From positions 326 through 64,325 of the forward strand of contig JBMNTS010000005.1 in NCBI GenBank assembly GCA_050945855.1: a stretch of 64,000 bases of DNA, read 5' to 3'. Under the pieces are notes generated by a model. The model was not told the DNA's origin and ran no database searches. It worked only from the letters and a program-made list of their open reading frames with translations. Shown here one piece after another: positions 18,215 through 27,407 of the stretch. Position 1 is the first letter of the stretch. Every line of letters begins with the position of its first letter. The position numbers and the translations under genes were made by a program. The DNA is from Christensenellales bacterium (GTDB lineage Bacteria > Bacillota > Clostridia > Christensenellales > DTU072).

Positions 18215-18381
18215 CAATTAATAAGAAAAAAGCCTTGAGAACACTATAAATCTACCTTAACACGCCGCAGGCGTATTGCATTTCGGCATAAGCCGAAATT
18301 GCATATTGCCGGTATAGGCAATATTTCATATTGGCGCAAGCCAATATTTAATTGCGCCGCAAGGCGCCTTGCGGACGCGCA
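18215..18381 (+). repeat. dispersed intergenic element: about 45-nt head plus array of 6 short hairpins with conserved ATTGCAT-type spacers
   Basis: Hairpins are ACGCC-gca-GGCGT, TTCGGC-ataa-GCCGAA, ATTGCC-ggtata-GGCAAT, ATTGGC-gcaa-GCCAAT, GCGCC-gcaa-GGCGC and TGCG-gacg-CGCA. Spacers are ATTGCAT, ATTGCAT, ATTTCAT and ATTTAAT. 18257-18304 matches the reverse complement of 51777-51824 at 46 of 48 positions (manual alignment). Confidence 0.75.
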
Positions 18382-18382
18382 T

Positions 18383-21300
18383 CTATACAAGCATTTTCCC
18401 TATGGATGCCAACTCTTCCTGAGCTTCTTTGGGCAGCAGTACGGGCTGAATGCCCAGTTTATGACATTCCAGAATTTTGTGGGCGGTGATTTCCAATACT
18501 TCGGTAGTATCCGCCGCTCTCCTTACGCTGTTTCCGCAGACTACCAGACCGTGATTTTGCATTAGTGCCGCCGCGCCTTCCGCGCCTAAGGCATCGGCCA
18601 CCATATCGCCCAATTCGGGGGAGCCGGGGATAACAAAGTCCACTACGGGGACTTCGCCGATAAAGGCGGCGTCCGTGGAGACCGGCTTAAAGCTGAGATT
18701 GGTAAGCGCCATAAGGGTGGCCGCGGGGGCGTGGGAGTGAATCACCGCCATAATCTCCGGCCGTTTTTTGTAAATGGCAAGATGCACCATTTTTTCGCTG
18801 CTGGCGGAAAGGCTACTCTCGCCTACCACGTTGCCGTCAAGGTCTATGCGCACCATCATATCCGCCTTAAGGTCACCCTTGAATATGGAACTGGGCGTAA
18901 TCCATACGTGGTTGGGGTTGTCCTCACAGCGCGCGCTTACGTTGCCGCCTATGCCGGTAATAAGCCCTTTGGCGTAAAGCTCGTTGGTGACCTGCAATAT
19001 CTCGTCGCGCACGTCGCCCACTTTGGCAGCTTCAGGTTGGGCGTAAATGATTTTCTGTTCAACTGTTTCCCGCTTTTCCTCGGTTTTTTTCCCGAACAGC
19101 CTTGCAAAGAAACCTTGTTTCTTAGCCTGCCTTTCAACAACGGGCCGCGCCTCTTCCTTTTTGACTGTGTCCGCTTGCGGAGCAATTATCGGAGCCTGTG
19201 AAAGCGCGGAAACATCAGTGATACCCGTGCTTGCCATAGCTTTTCCGTAAGAGGTCATCATCAGCTTAAGCAAGGACTGCATGCTCATTGCCTTGCGCAC
19301 ATTGCCGGTAAAGCTCATTTTTCCCGTCATGGCCGCTTTCGCTCCGTTAACGGTGCCTTTCATCATTCCGTCAAATATCTCAATCGGCATATTCAGGCAC
19401 ACGTCGGCGGCGCCTCCGGTAAACTCGCCCAAGCCGCAAATAACCTCGCCGCCCTTGAAGTACATATAACAGCTTTGCCCGTTGTCCTTAAAGGTGATTT
19501 GGAAACTTATATCCTTACTCGCCGTCTTTTGCCCTACTTCCTCATCGGCGGAAAGCTCCTTTAAAAATGCCTCGATAAGCTGCATATATCCGCCCGCACC
19601 CGCCGGCGTTGCCGCGGTATCGGGTGCCTTTTGGGGCGCCGTTTCCGGCTTTTGAGATACCTTTACTTCTTGTTTCGCCGAAGCGGCGTCCAAATCGCTT
19701 ACCCCGGTCTGCTTGGCTTTAAGGCCGGCAAGCGCCTGTATATCCACCTTCCTTTCGCCCGTAAAGGAAAAGTCTTTAAGCGCCTTGCGGTTGATTACGT
19801 CCGAACTTAACTCTCCTTTGAGCAGCCTCTCGATATTTTCCGCGATTATCAGCCCCTGATGTATGCTTACCTGTTTGGTATTGCCGCCTATATGCGGAGT
19901 GCATAAAACGTTTTCCATTTGCACCAGCGGGTCATTATACGCCGGAGGCTCCACGTCAAATACGTCCAGTGCCGCTCCCGCCAGTTTTCCGCTTTTGAGA
20001 GCGTCCAACAGCGCGGCGCTGTCTACCAGCGCGGCGCGCGCGGTGTTGACGAAATACGCTCCGTCCTTCATTTTCGCGAACGCCTCCGCGTTAATCATCC
20101 CTTTGGTCTGCCCGGTTACCGGAGCATGCAGGCTTATTATATCGCTTTCACTAAGCAACTCGTCCAGTTCTGCCTTACGCGCGCCCATCAGAGCCGCCGC
20201 GCCGAAAGTAAGGTAAGGGTCGTACACCAGCACCTGCGCGCCGAAAGCAAGCAGCCTTTTCGCCACCTTTTTGCCTATCGCCCCGCCGCCTATAAGACCT
20301 ACCTTTTTGCGCCATAGTTCCATGCCCTGATAACGGAAATACGCCGCTCCCATTCTGCCCATATCCCCGGCCTGACCCCCTTCCTCTTTAAGGAAAGCCG
20401 CCGCCTGGGGAATCATGCGCGCGAGGTTGAGCATAAAAGCCAGCGCCAAATCCGCCACCGCCTCCGAATTTCTGCCCGGTGTGTACACTACCGCTATGCC
20501 CGCCGCGCTGCACGCGTCCACGTCGATATTGGTGGGATTGCCTCTGCATACGCCTATCATTCTGAGGTTGGGCAGCGCCTTTACTATGTCCGCGTCCACA
20601 ATATCCACTTCGGTAATAAAAATATCGTAATTTTTGAGGGTGGATATCATTTCCTCCCCTTCCAGCATGTCTCCGTCCCGGTAATTTTTCGCGGTGACTT
20701 CCCCGTAAGCGCGCAAAAGGTCGATAGCCTCCGCGGATAAATCCGCGTCCGAATAAATGCGCAGCTTAGCCTTTTGGGTGCCGCTCTTTTTTTCGCCCTC
20801 CGCCGACTTTAACTCGCTTATCAGCGCGCCTAACGGCATATTTGTTTCAAAGGAAGAGGCGTACGCCTCCCGCCACTCTTCGTAAATGCGGCGGTAGGTC
20901 TCCTCCTTGCCCGCGAACTTATCCTTTACGCCGACCATTTCGGCCGCTGCTTCCTTTAGCCCTTTGTATATCCCCGCGCCCGCCGCCGCGCATATAGCCG
21001 CGCCCAGTACGGACGCCTCCGGAAGCGCGGTCCTTATTATCTCCTTTTCCGTAACCTGAGAGATAATATAAGGAAAGATATCGTCTTTGCTCGCGCCGCC
21101 GCCTATGGCGATTTTTTCAGGCTCCGCCCCCGCGACCTCGGCAAGCTGGTCTATATTTGCCTTGACCCCGAAGGCAAGCCCTTCCACAACCCCGCGGGAA
21201 ATATTAGACCGGTCAAATTCGTTAGGAATATGATTGGTGGTGGAAAAGTATATCTGGTCAATGGGCAGGGCAAGCACGGAAACGTTGAAAACCGAAGCCC

Positions 21301-22318
21301 CCACCGTAGAGAGAAGCCCGCCCGCGCCGCAGGGAGCGGCGGCGGCGTTTTCCATAAGCGCGCCCACAGGATTGGGCAAGCCCTGATAAAGCAGCCCCGC
21401 TATCCATTCAAGCGCCATGCCCGAGCCGCCCGCGTTACTCTCCAATACATAAACGCCGGGGACGGGTCCCACGCCTGACCATAGCCTTTGCTTAGGGTCG
21501 ATTATCGGTTTTTCGGTAATCAATTGTATGGGCATGGTAGTGCCCGCCACGATTCCGCATTCCCCCGGGTTGACGATATTCATACCCAACAGCGCGCTTT
21601 GCGTATCTCCCGCGCCGTAGACCGCCCGCGCGCCCTCCTTAATATTGAGTTCCTTGCATAAATCGGGGAAAACCGTCCCCGCCTCGCTTGCGCAATCCAC
21701 AAGCGGTGGCAAAAACGCCTTGTTAAGCTCCAGTTTTTCGATAAGCTCATCCGACCAGGCCGAATTTTTAAGGTCGAACAATAAGGTTTCCCCCGCCTGT
21801 GTTCTTTCCACTCCGATTTTTCCGCAAAGACGGTAGATTATGTAATCGGAAAGGGTGAATACGGTGGCGATTTTGTCATACAAATCCCTTTGCGTATCCT
21901 TTAGCCACAGCAGCTTGCACGCCGTAAGGTTGGGCATGGGCTTATGCCCGCAGATGCTATAGATAAGGTCGGCGCAAGTGTCGTTTAAGCGCATTGTCGC
22001 ATCTACCGCGCGCGCGTCCCTGTTGGGGGAAGCAAACAGCGCCTCCCCGTCCTTATCCAGCGCAACCAGGGTATGCCTCATGGAAGATACGCCTATTGCG
22101 GCAATCTCGCTTACCCCCGCGCGCCTGACGCACTCCGCTATGCTTTCCCTGACCGCCTGCCAAATCAGGCCGGTATCCATACCGAAGCCGTAATCGCCTA
22201 TGGCGGATATGCCCCCTTTTACGTCGCGCCTGACCAGAGTAACCAACTCCTTACCGCAAAAAAGGGCGCACCTTATGGAGCCGCCCCCGATATCAATGCC
22301 TATTACGTTTTTTTTCAT
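18383..22318 (-). CDS. four-domain fusion protein: FGGY carbohydrate kinase / D-2-hydroxyacid dehydrogenase / SCP2 / class II aldolase-adducin
   Basis: A single 1311-aa ORF with RBS AGAGGT. aa 1-495 FGGY (IGIDIGGGSIR, GAGDTQSALLG, IAIGGGASKD). aa 517-845 2-HADH (GLIGGGAIGKKVAKRLLAFGAQVLVYDP, NTARAALVD, DVFDVEPP, TPHIGGNT). aa 908-1025 SCP2-like. aa 1098-1311 class II aldolase (GGNVSAR, HSHAP, QNHGLVV). Confidence 0.85.
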   Translation of the reverse strand: MKKNVIGIDIGGGSIRCALFCGKELVTLVRRDVKGGISAIGDYGFGMDTGLIWQAVRESIAECVRRAGVSEIAAIGVSSMRHTLVALDKDGEALFASPNRDARAVDATMRLNDTCADLIYSICGHKPMPNLTACKLLWLKDTQRDLYDKIATVFTLSDYIIYRLCGKIGVERTQAGETLLFDLKNSAWSDELIEKLELNKAFLPPLVDCASEAGTVFPDLCKELNIKEGARAVYGAGDTQSALLGMNIVNPGECGIVAGTTMPIQLITEKPIIDPKQRLWSGVGPVPGVYVLESNAGGSGMALEWIAGLLYQGLPNPVGALMENAAAAPCGAGGLLSTVGASVFNVSVLALPIDQIYFSTTNHIPNEFDRSNISRGVVEGLAFGVKANIDQLAEVAGAEPEKIAIGGGASKDDIFPYIISQVTEKEIIRTALPEASVLGAAICAAAGAGIYKGLKEAAAEMVGVKDKFAGKEETYRRIYEEWREAYASSFETNMPLGALISELKSAEGEKKSGTQKAKLRIYSDADLSAEAIDLLRAYGEVTAKNYRDGDMLEGEEMISTLKNYDIFITEVDIVDADIVKALPNLRMIGVCRGNPTNIDVDACSAAGIAVVYTPGRNSEAVADLALAFMLNLARMIPQAAAFLKEEGGQAGDMGRMGAAYFRYQGMELWRKKVGLIGGGAIGKKVAKRLLAFGAQVLVYDPYLTFGAAALMGARKAELDELLSESDIISLHAPVTGQTKGMINAEAFAKMKDGAYFVNTARAALVDSAALLDALKSGKLAGAALDVFDVEPPAYNDPLVQMENVLCTPHIGGNTKQVSIHQGLIIAENIERLLKGELSSDVINRKALKDFSFTGERKVDIQALAGLKAKQTGVSDLDAASAKQEVKVSQKPETAPQKAPDTAATPAGAGGYMQLIEAFLKELSADEEVGQKTASKDISFQITFKDNGQSCYMYFKGGEVICGLGEFTGGAADVCLNMPIEIFDGMMKGTVNGAKAAMTGKMSFTGNVRKAMSMQSLLKLMMTSYGKAMASTGITDVSALSQAPIIAPQADTVKKEEARPVVERQAKKQGFFARLFGKKTEEKRETVEQKIIYAQPEAAKVGDVRDEILQVTNELYAKGLITGIGGNVSARCEDNPNHVWITPSSIFKGDLKADMMVRIDLDGNVVGESSLSASSEKMVHLAIYKKRPEIMAVIHSHAPAATLMALTNLSFKPVSTDAAFIGEVPVVDFVIPGSPELGDMVADALGAEGAAALMQNHGLVVCGNSVRRAADTTEVLEITAHKILECHKLGIQPVLLPKEAQEELASIGKMLV

Positions 22319-22512
22319 GCTTTCTACCTCTAAAAATTATATGTACAGAATATAGAAAATAATATAATTGACCGAGCACAAATCTATAAATCGACAATAA
22401 TCATTGTAAATCAATAACATAATAAAGTCAATACGGACAAAATGCAAAGCCTTCACCAATTGCTTTAAACAAAATTACATACAAAATTTTAAACATTACG
22501 TTTTAAACCTAT

Positions 22513-22540
22513 TGAATTATTTTGATAGAAATGATATAAT
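22513..22540 (+). promoter_or_regulatory. promoter of the SDR/TetR/SDR operon
   Basis: TTGAAT - 16 nt - TATAAT, 27 nt upstream of the ATG. RBS AAGGAGAGG. Confidence 0.5.
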
Positions 22541-22567
22541 TGTGCAAACAACTTTAAGGAGAGGTGT

Positions 22568-24181
22568 ATGCAACCGATAAAAGTATTTATTACCGGGGCT
22601 TCGGGCTCCATGGGCAGCGAAGTGTTAAAAGCTGTTATGAACAATGAAAAGTTCAACGGCATCGTGCTGCTCAGAAAAAAGAAGGCTAACGAAAAGCTGT
22701 GCGCGAAACTCAAAGCCAGATATCAAGACAGAATAGAAGTGGTTTTCGGCGATTTGTCCAATTTCAAAGATTGCGTGGACACGGTGGCAAAGGCGGATTA
22801 CATTATTCATTGCGCCGCCATTATCCCGCCCGCTTCCGACCACAACCCCGAGCTTGCGGAAAAAGCGAATTACATCGGCACAAAAAATCTGGTGGCGGCA
22901 ATAGAGCAGGATAAAAACAAGGATAAAAAGAAGTTCGTTAATATCGGTTCCATCGCCGAATACGGCAACCGCCATTTCCCCGCGCATTGGGGCAGGGTGG
23001 GCGACCCGCTGGTATCCTCCGTTTACGATTACTACGCCGTGACCAAAATAAGAGGGGAGCGCTCCGTGGTGGAATCGGATATAAAGTACTGGGTGTCCCT
23101 AAGACAGAGCGGTATTCTTTACGATAACGTGCTGTTTAACAATATGAACGACGGCCTGATGTTCCACACCAACTGGAACACCTTTATAGAGTGGGCTACC
23201 GCGCGCGACAGCGGGCGTATGATACACAACCTCATAGAGCTTGACTCTACAGGCAAGCTGCCGGAAAAATTCTGGCAAAGAGTGTATAACATCGGCAACG
23301 GCGACGGCGCGCGCGTTACCGGCTATCAGACGCTGGACAGGGGCTTTAAACTTATGGGCAGCAGCGCCGAGAAAATCTTTTCTCCGCATTGGCTTGCTAC
23401 CCGCAATTTCCACTGCTTCTGGTATCTGGACTCCGACGAACTCAACAATTACCTCAATTTCAGGACGGAAAGCTTTGAGGACTTTTTCTCTAAGCTCGGC
23501 AAAAAGCTGTGGTATTTTAAGCTGGGTAAGCCCTTCCCCGGTCTTATCAGAAAATTTGCCATAGAAAGGCTGTTTAACGATACCAACGCGCCCATGTACT
23601 GGGTGAACAACAATATCACGGGCAGAGTAAACGCCTTTTTCGGCTCACGCGAGAAATTTGACAGCATACCCCGCAACTGGGACAATTTCAAGCCCATTCC
23701 CGGTGAGGAATTAAAGGATTTGTCCACGGCGGAAATACTTGACCTCAGAGGAAAAACCGAACTCAGCAAAGAGGATATCGCCTTTATTTCGGACAACGAG
23801 TATAAGGGCAAAAACCGCGCTGTTATTCTCTCCCACGGTTACGACGAATCCAAACCGGACAGCGAACTGACCATAGAGGATATGCGCGGCGCCGCCCAAT
23901 TCAGAGGGGGCAAGTGCTTGTCGCCGTCCATGAAGAAGGGCGATTTGCGCACAAAACTGAAGTGGGCGTGTCATGACGGGCATGAGTTTGAGGCGTCCCC
24001 TTATACGGTAATCAAAGCGGGATTCTGGTGCCCGGTGTGCTGCCAGCCCGTACCCTGGAATTTTGACGCGCTGTCAAAGAAGATACCTTTCTTCGCGCAG
24101 GCCTGGTATAATTCGCACAGTCCGGAAGAAAACGAGTTTTATCCGGCGGACTGCTATAAGGATATATTGAAAAATGAGTAA
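22568..24181 (+). CDS. NAD-dependent epimerase/dehydratase-like SDR with C-terminal zinc-ribbon domain
   Basis: VFITGASGSMGSEV Rossmann motif and YAVTK (YxxxK). The C-terminal LKWACHDGHEFEASPYTVIKAGFWCPVCC resembles the W.C..GHeW......CP.C zinc-ribbon (DUF4379-like) motif. Confidence 0.7.
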   Translation: MQPIKVFITGASGSMGSEVLKAVMNNEKFNGIVLLRKKKANEKLCAKLKARYQDRIEVVFGDLSNFKDCVDTVAKADYIIHCAAIIPPASDHNPELAEKANYIGTKNLVAAIEQDKNKDKKKFVNIGSIAEYGNRHFPAHWGRVGDPLVSSVYDYYAVTKIRGERSVVESDIKYWVSLRQSGILYDNVLFNNMNDGLMFHTNWNTFIEWATARDSGRMIHNLIELDSTGKLPEKFWQRVYNIGNGDGARVTGYQTLDRGFKLMGSSAEKIFSPHWLATRNFHCFWYLDSDELNNYLNFRTESFEDFFSKLGKKLWYFKLGKPFPGLIRKFAIERLFNDTNAPMYWVNNNITGRVNAFFGSREKFDSIPRNWDNFKPIPGEELKDLSTAEILDLRGKTELSKEDIAFISDNEYKGKNRAVILSHGYDESKPDSELTIEDMRGAAQFRGGKCLSPSMKKGDLRTKLKWACHDGHEFEASPYTVIKAGFWCPVCCQPVPWNFDALSKKIPFFAQAWYNSHSPEENEFYPADCYKDILKNE

Positions 24182-24752
24182 AAGATACGGCGGAAAAAGA
24201 GAGCAGATACTGGATGCCGCACTGCGCCTTGTCGCCCGCTACAACGATTTTAACATCACGGTGCGGCAGATAGCCGCGGAGGCCAAAGTCAACGTGGCGG
24301 CCATCAATTACTATTTCAAGAGCAAGAAAGAAATGATGGCGCAAATGGAAAAGTTGTTTATGGACAATCTCCATGACGCCTTTACTCCCGTTTGCGAAAA
24401 GACGCTTTCCCCCGATGAGAGGCTAAAGGAATGGGTGAAGAAGTCATTGGGCTACGCGCGGCGTTATCCCGGCATTTTGGTATTCCTTAAAGATAAGTTC
24501 AGCAACCCGAAAGACAATGAATTTGAAAACGCCATGCGGCGCGCATTAAGCGAAAAGTTCACGCTTCTGAGGGAGCTTATCTTAGACAGCGTGCGCCCCG
24601 AAAGGCAGGAGGAGGAGTTGCTTATTATGACGCTGGGAGCGGTGATGCTCCTCCCCCTTATCGCGGATATGCCGGGCATGGGACTGCCCAAAGACCTGGA
24701 CGAGCATATACAATACGTGATTACGATAATAGAAAAATTTAAAAGCAGATAA
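24174..24752 (+). CDS. TetR/AcrR family transcriptional regulator
   Basis: N-terminal HTH (ILDAALRLVARYNDFNITVRQIAAEAKVNVAAINYYFKSKKEM). 8-nt overlap with the upstream gene. Confidence 0.85.
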   Translation: MSKRYGGKREQILDAALRLVARYNDFNITVRQIAAEAKVNVAAINYYFKSKKEMMAQMEKLFMDNLHDAFTPVCEKTLSPDERLKEWVKKSLGYARRYPGILVFLKDKFSNPKDNEFENAMRRALSEKFTLLRELILDSVRPERQEEELLIMTLGAVMLLPLIADMPGMGLPKDLDEHIQYVITIIEKFKSR

Positions 24753-24773
24753 AATATTAAGGAGAAAAAACGA

Positions 24774-25868
24774 ATGGAAGTAAAAAAAGTGTTTATAGTC
24801 GGCGGAACGGGATTCTTAGGCTATTACTCCGCTCTGGAATTTCTGAAAAAGGGCATAGCGGTAAGCTCCGCTTCTATTCCCGACGTAAAATTGGGGGATT
24901 GGTTTCCCAAGCAGATTGACATTGTAAGCGACAACTTAAACGTGTTTTCCGCAAGCGCGGAAGAGCTTACGGAGGTTTTCGCGGGGCATGACGCCATTGT
25001 TTACGCGGTAGGCCCGGATGACAGGTACACGCCGCCCGCTCCCGCTTTCGAGTTCTTTTTTGACAAGCTGGTTACACAGTGCGTAAAGGTGGTAAAGGCG
25101 GCAAGAGCGGCGGGAGTAAAGAGGGCGGTTATATTAAACTCTTATTTTGCATATTTTGACAGGCAGCCGCAATATAACGGACAGCTTTCCAACAATCACG
25201 CTTATATCAAGTCAAGGGTAAGACAGGCGGAGGAGACCATTAAGGCGGGCAAGGAAGGCGTTATGGACGTTATGATTCTGGAATTGCCTTATATATTCGG
25301 CAGTATGCCGGGCAGAATGCCTTTATGGAAAGAGGTGTTTTTAGACAGATTCGACACAATGCCCGCCGTATTCTTCCCCAAGGGGGGTACGGTTATGGTG
25401 CACGTGAGAGGAGTGGCTCACGCCGTGGTGGGCGCGACATTAAACGGCAAACACGGCGAAAGGTATCCTATCGGACTGTACAATATGAAGTATAAGGACA
25501 TGATAAGGATAATGTACGATGCCATAGACAATAAGAAAAAAATCATCAATTCTCCCACCTGGATTGCGTATCTGGCAGGCTTGTTCTTAAAGATGAAGGA
25601 CAAGAGGGAAGGAAAGGAAGGCGGGCTTGATTACGCCAAACTTATGACGGATATTCAATCGCGCGATTTGTTCTATTCGCAGGAAGTCATTGACAAGACC
25701 AAAGAGGATTTAGGCTATGACGAGCTGGGCTTTGAGGACTTCGACGTAAAGGAAGGCATTCAAAGCACCATGCAGGCTTGCTATCCGGAAAAATTCCCCT
25801 CTTCCGACCCCGCCAATCAGGTAAAAGAGGATCTGGAGATAATTAATAAAGTTTGGAAAAACAAATAG
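24774..25868 (+). CDS. NAD(P)-binding (epimerase/NmrA-like) oxidoreductase
   Basis: VFIVGGTGFLGYYSALEFLKKG Rossmann motif. RBS AAGGAG. Confidence 0.7.
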   Translation: MEVKKVFIVGGTGFLGYYSALEFLKKGIAVSSASIPDVKLGDWFPKQIDIVSDNLNVFSASAEELTEVFAGHDAIVYAVGPDDRYTPPAPAFEFFFDKLVTQCVKVVKAARAAGVKRAVILNSYFAYFDRQPQYNGQLSNNHAYIKSRVRQAEETIKAGKEGVMDVMILELPYIFGSMPGRMPLWKEVFLDRFDTMPAVFFPKGGTVMVHVRGVAHAVVGATLNGKHGERYPIGLYNMKYKDMIRIMYDAIDNKKKIINSPTWIAYLAGLFLKMKDKREGKEGGLDYAKLMTDIQSRDLFYSQEVIDKTKEDLGYDELGFEDFDVKEGIQSTMQACYPEKFPSSDPANQVKEDLEIINKVWKNK

Positions 25869-25891
25869 TTAAAAAGACACATAATACAGAG

Positions 25892-25928
25892 CGGCCGCCC
25901 CGAGCATTCTTTGGGCGGCCGTTTTATT
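25892..25928 (+). terminator. rho-independent terminator
   Basis: CGGCCGCCC-12 nt loop-GGGCGGCCG followed by TTTTATTGT. Confidence 0.7.
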
Positions 25929-25955
25929 GTTATGCTTTTTCCGGCCTGTAAGTTA

Positions 25956-25984
25956 TTTACTTTTGAGTGTAAATATTGTACAAT
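25956..25984 (+). promoter_or_regulatory. candidate promoter of the transporter-iol operon
   Basis: TTTACT - 17 nt - TACAAT, about 27 nt upstream of the transporter start. Confidence 0.4.
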
Positions 25985-26010
25985 GTGCTTAATTGTGAGG
26001 TGACAAAAAA

Positions 26011-27402
26011 TTGATGGAAAAGAGATATTTAACCAAAAGGGAAAAATGGTCTTTCAGCCTTGCCGGATTGGGTCAGAATATGGCTTACGGCATAATGAGC
26101 AGCTTCCTGCTTACCTTTTATACGGACATTATGTTTTCGGACGCGCTCTGGGTGATTACCGTGATTATGATTATCGCGCGGGTGTGGGACGCGGTGAACG
26201 ACCTTATTATGGGCTCTATCGTAGACCGTACGCGCACCCGGCTGGGTAAGTGCAGACCGTATCTTCTGGCCGCGCCCCTGCCCATAGCGGTATTTACCGT
26301 ATTGATATTTATTAAGCCGGAACTGCCGCTGGCGGCCAGGGTGGCATACGCTATGTTTACTTATATTATGTGGGGTATGCTCTATACGATAGCTGACGTG
26401 CCTTTCTGGGCGCTTCCCTCCACCATGACTCCCAACGCCGCGGAAAGGGCGGACTTTTTAAGCTTTGCCCGCATAGTCAACGGCATTGGGGCGGCGCTGC
26501 CCATATTGGTTATGGAATTGTTCAAAGGGGACAGCGGCTACACCAAGCAAAGCTACCTGTATTCTGCGATAATTATGGCAGCGGCGGGCTGCAGCCTGTA
26601 TCTGCTCGCCTTTTTCAATTGCAGGGAAAGGATAAGACCGCCGGAGAAAAAGGAAACGCTTATTGACAATATCAAACTTATCCGGCTTAACAAGCCGCTT
26701 AAACTGGTGATTTGCTTAGGCGTGCTTTGCTTCGGGCGGTATATCGTAAATATGTTTTTGATTTACGCCTCCAGGGATATCTTTATCGGCGCGCCGCAGG
26801 GCTTTTCCATGATATTGCTAAGCCTTGTAATCGGCCTGGGCACCTTCCCCGGCATGGCGGTTATGCCCGCTTTGTTTAAGAAATTCAATTATAAGCAGAT
26901 AGCGATAGGCGCGGGTACCGCTTCTTTTGTTTTTCAGCTGGCGCTGTTTATAGCGGGCGTGGCGTCGGGATATAATTATTATGTCGCGCTGCCCTTCTTG
27001 TTTTTCTGCGGCATACCTTTCGGCGTTTACAATACCCTTACTTTCGCGATAATCGGGGACAGCGTGGATTACATGGAATGGAAAACGGGAAAGAGGATAG
27101 AGGGTATAGGCTTTGCCTGTCAGACCTTTATCAACAAAATGGGCGCGGCTATCTCTACCGGCTTGATACCGCTGTTGCTTATTCTGGTGGGATACCTTGC
27201 TCCCGAAAAGCGGGATGCGGACTACGCCATACCCCGTCTGGGACTGCTTATTGTCTTTTCTTTAGTGCCCGCGGTAAGCATGCTTTTGTCCACAATACCC
27301 ATGTATTTTTACGACTATGTGGGCAAGACCAAGGAAAGGGCGTTGGAAGAGCTGGCGGCGACGCGCAGACGTGAAGGCAGAATAATAGAAGGAGAGATTT
27401 AG
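26011..27402 (+). CDS. GPH (glycoside-pentoside-hexuronide):cation symporter family MFS transporter
   Basis: 12-TM profile. N-terminal FSLAGLGQNM...FYTD and the RVWDAVNDLIMGSIVDRTRTRLGKCRPY motif typical of MelB/YicJ-type transporters. The start may be TTG 26011 or ATG 26014. Confidence 0.85.
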   Translation: MMEKRYLTKREKWSFSLAGLGQNMAYGIMSSFLLTFYTDIMFSDALWVITVIMIIARVWDAVNDLIMGSIVDRTRTRLGKCRPYLLAAPLPIAVFTVLIFIKPELPLAARVAYAMFTYIMWGMLYTIADVPFWALPSTMTPNAAERADFLSFARIVNGIGAALPILVMELFKGDSGYTKQSYLYSAIIMAAAGCSLYLLAFFNCRERIRPPEKKETLIDNIKLIRLNKPLKLVICLGVLCFGRYIVNMFLIYASRDIFIGAPQGFSMILLSLVIGLGTFPGMAVMPALFKKFNYKQIAIGAGTASFVFQLALFIAGVASGYNYYVALPFLFFCGIPFGVYNTLTFAIIGDSVDYMEWKTGKRIEGIGFACQTFINKMGAAISTGLIPLLLILVGYLAPEKRDADYAIPRLGLLIVFSLVPAVSMLLSTIPMYFYDYVGKTKERALEELAATRRREGRIIEGEI

Positions 27403-27407
27403 TGCAA

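Noticed and set aside
18262-18381. Possibility that the periodic hairpin arrays (also 36518-36602, 45995-46078, 51762-51819) are CRISPR arrays
   Set aside because: The period is only 22-25 bp. The conserved unit is 7-9 nt, and the variable unit is itself a palindrome. No cas genes or leader are present. The scale and logic are wrong for CRISPR.
19085-19123. Amphipathic KKQGFFARLFGKK segment as a microcompartment encapsulation peptide
   Set aside because: No BMC shell genes are in the window and the segment is internal. It is kept only as a side note within the fusion-protein finding.
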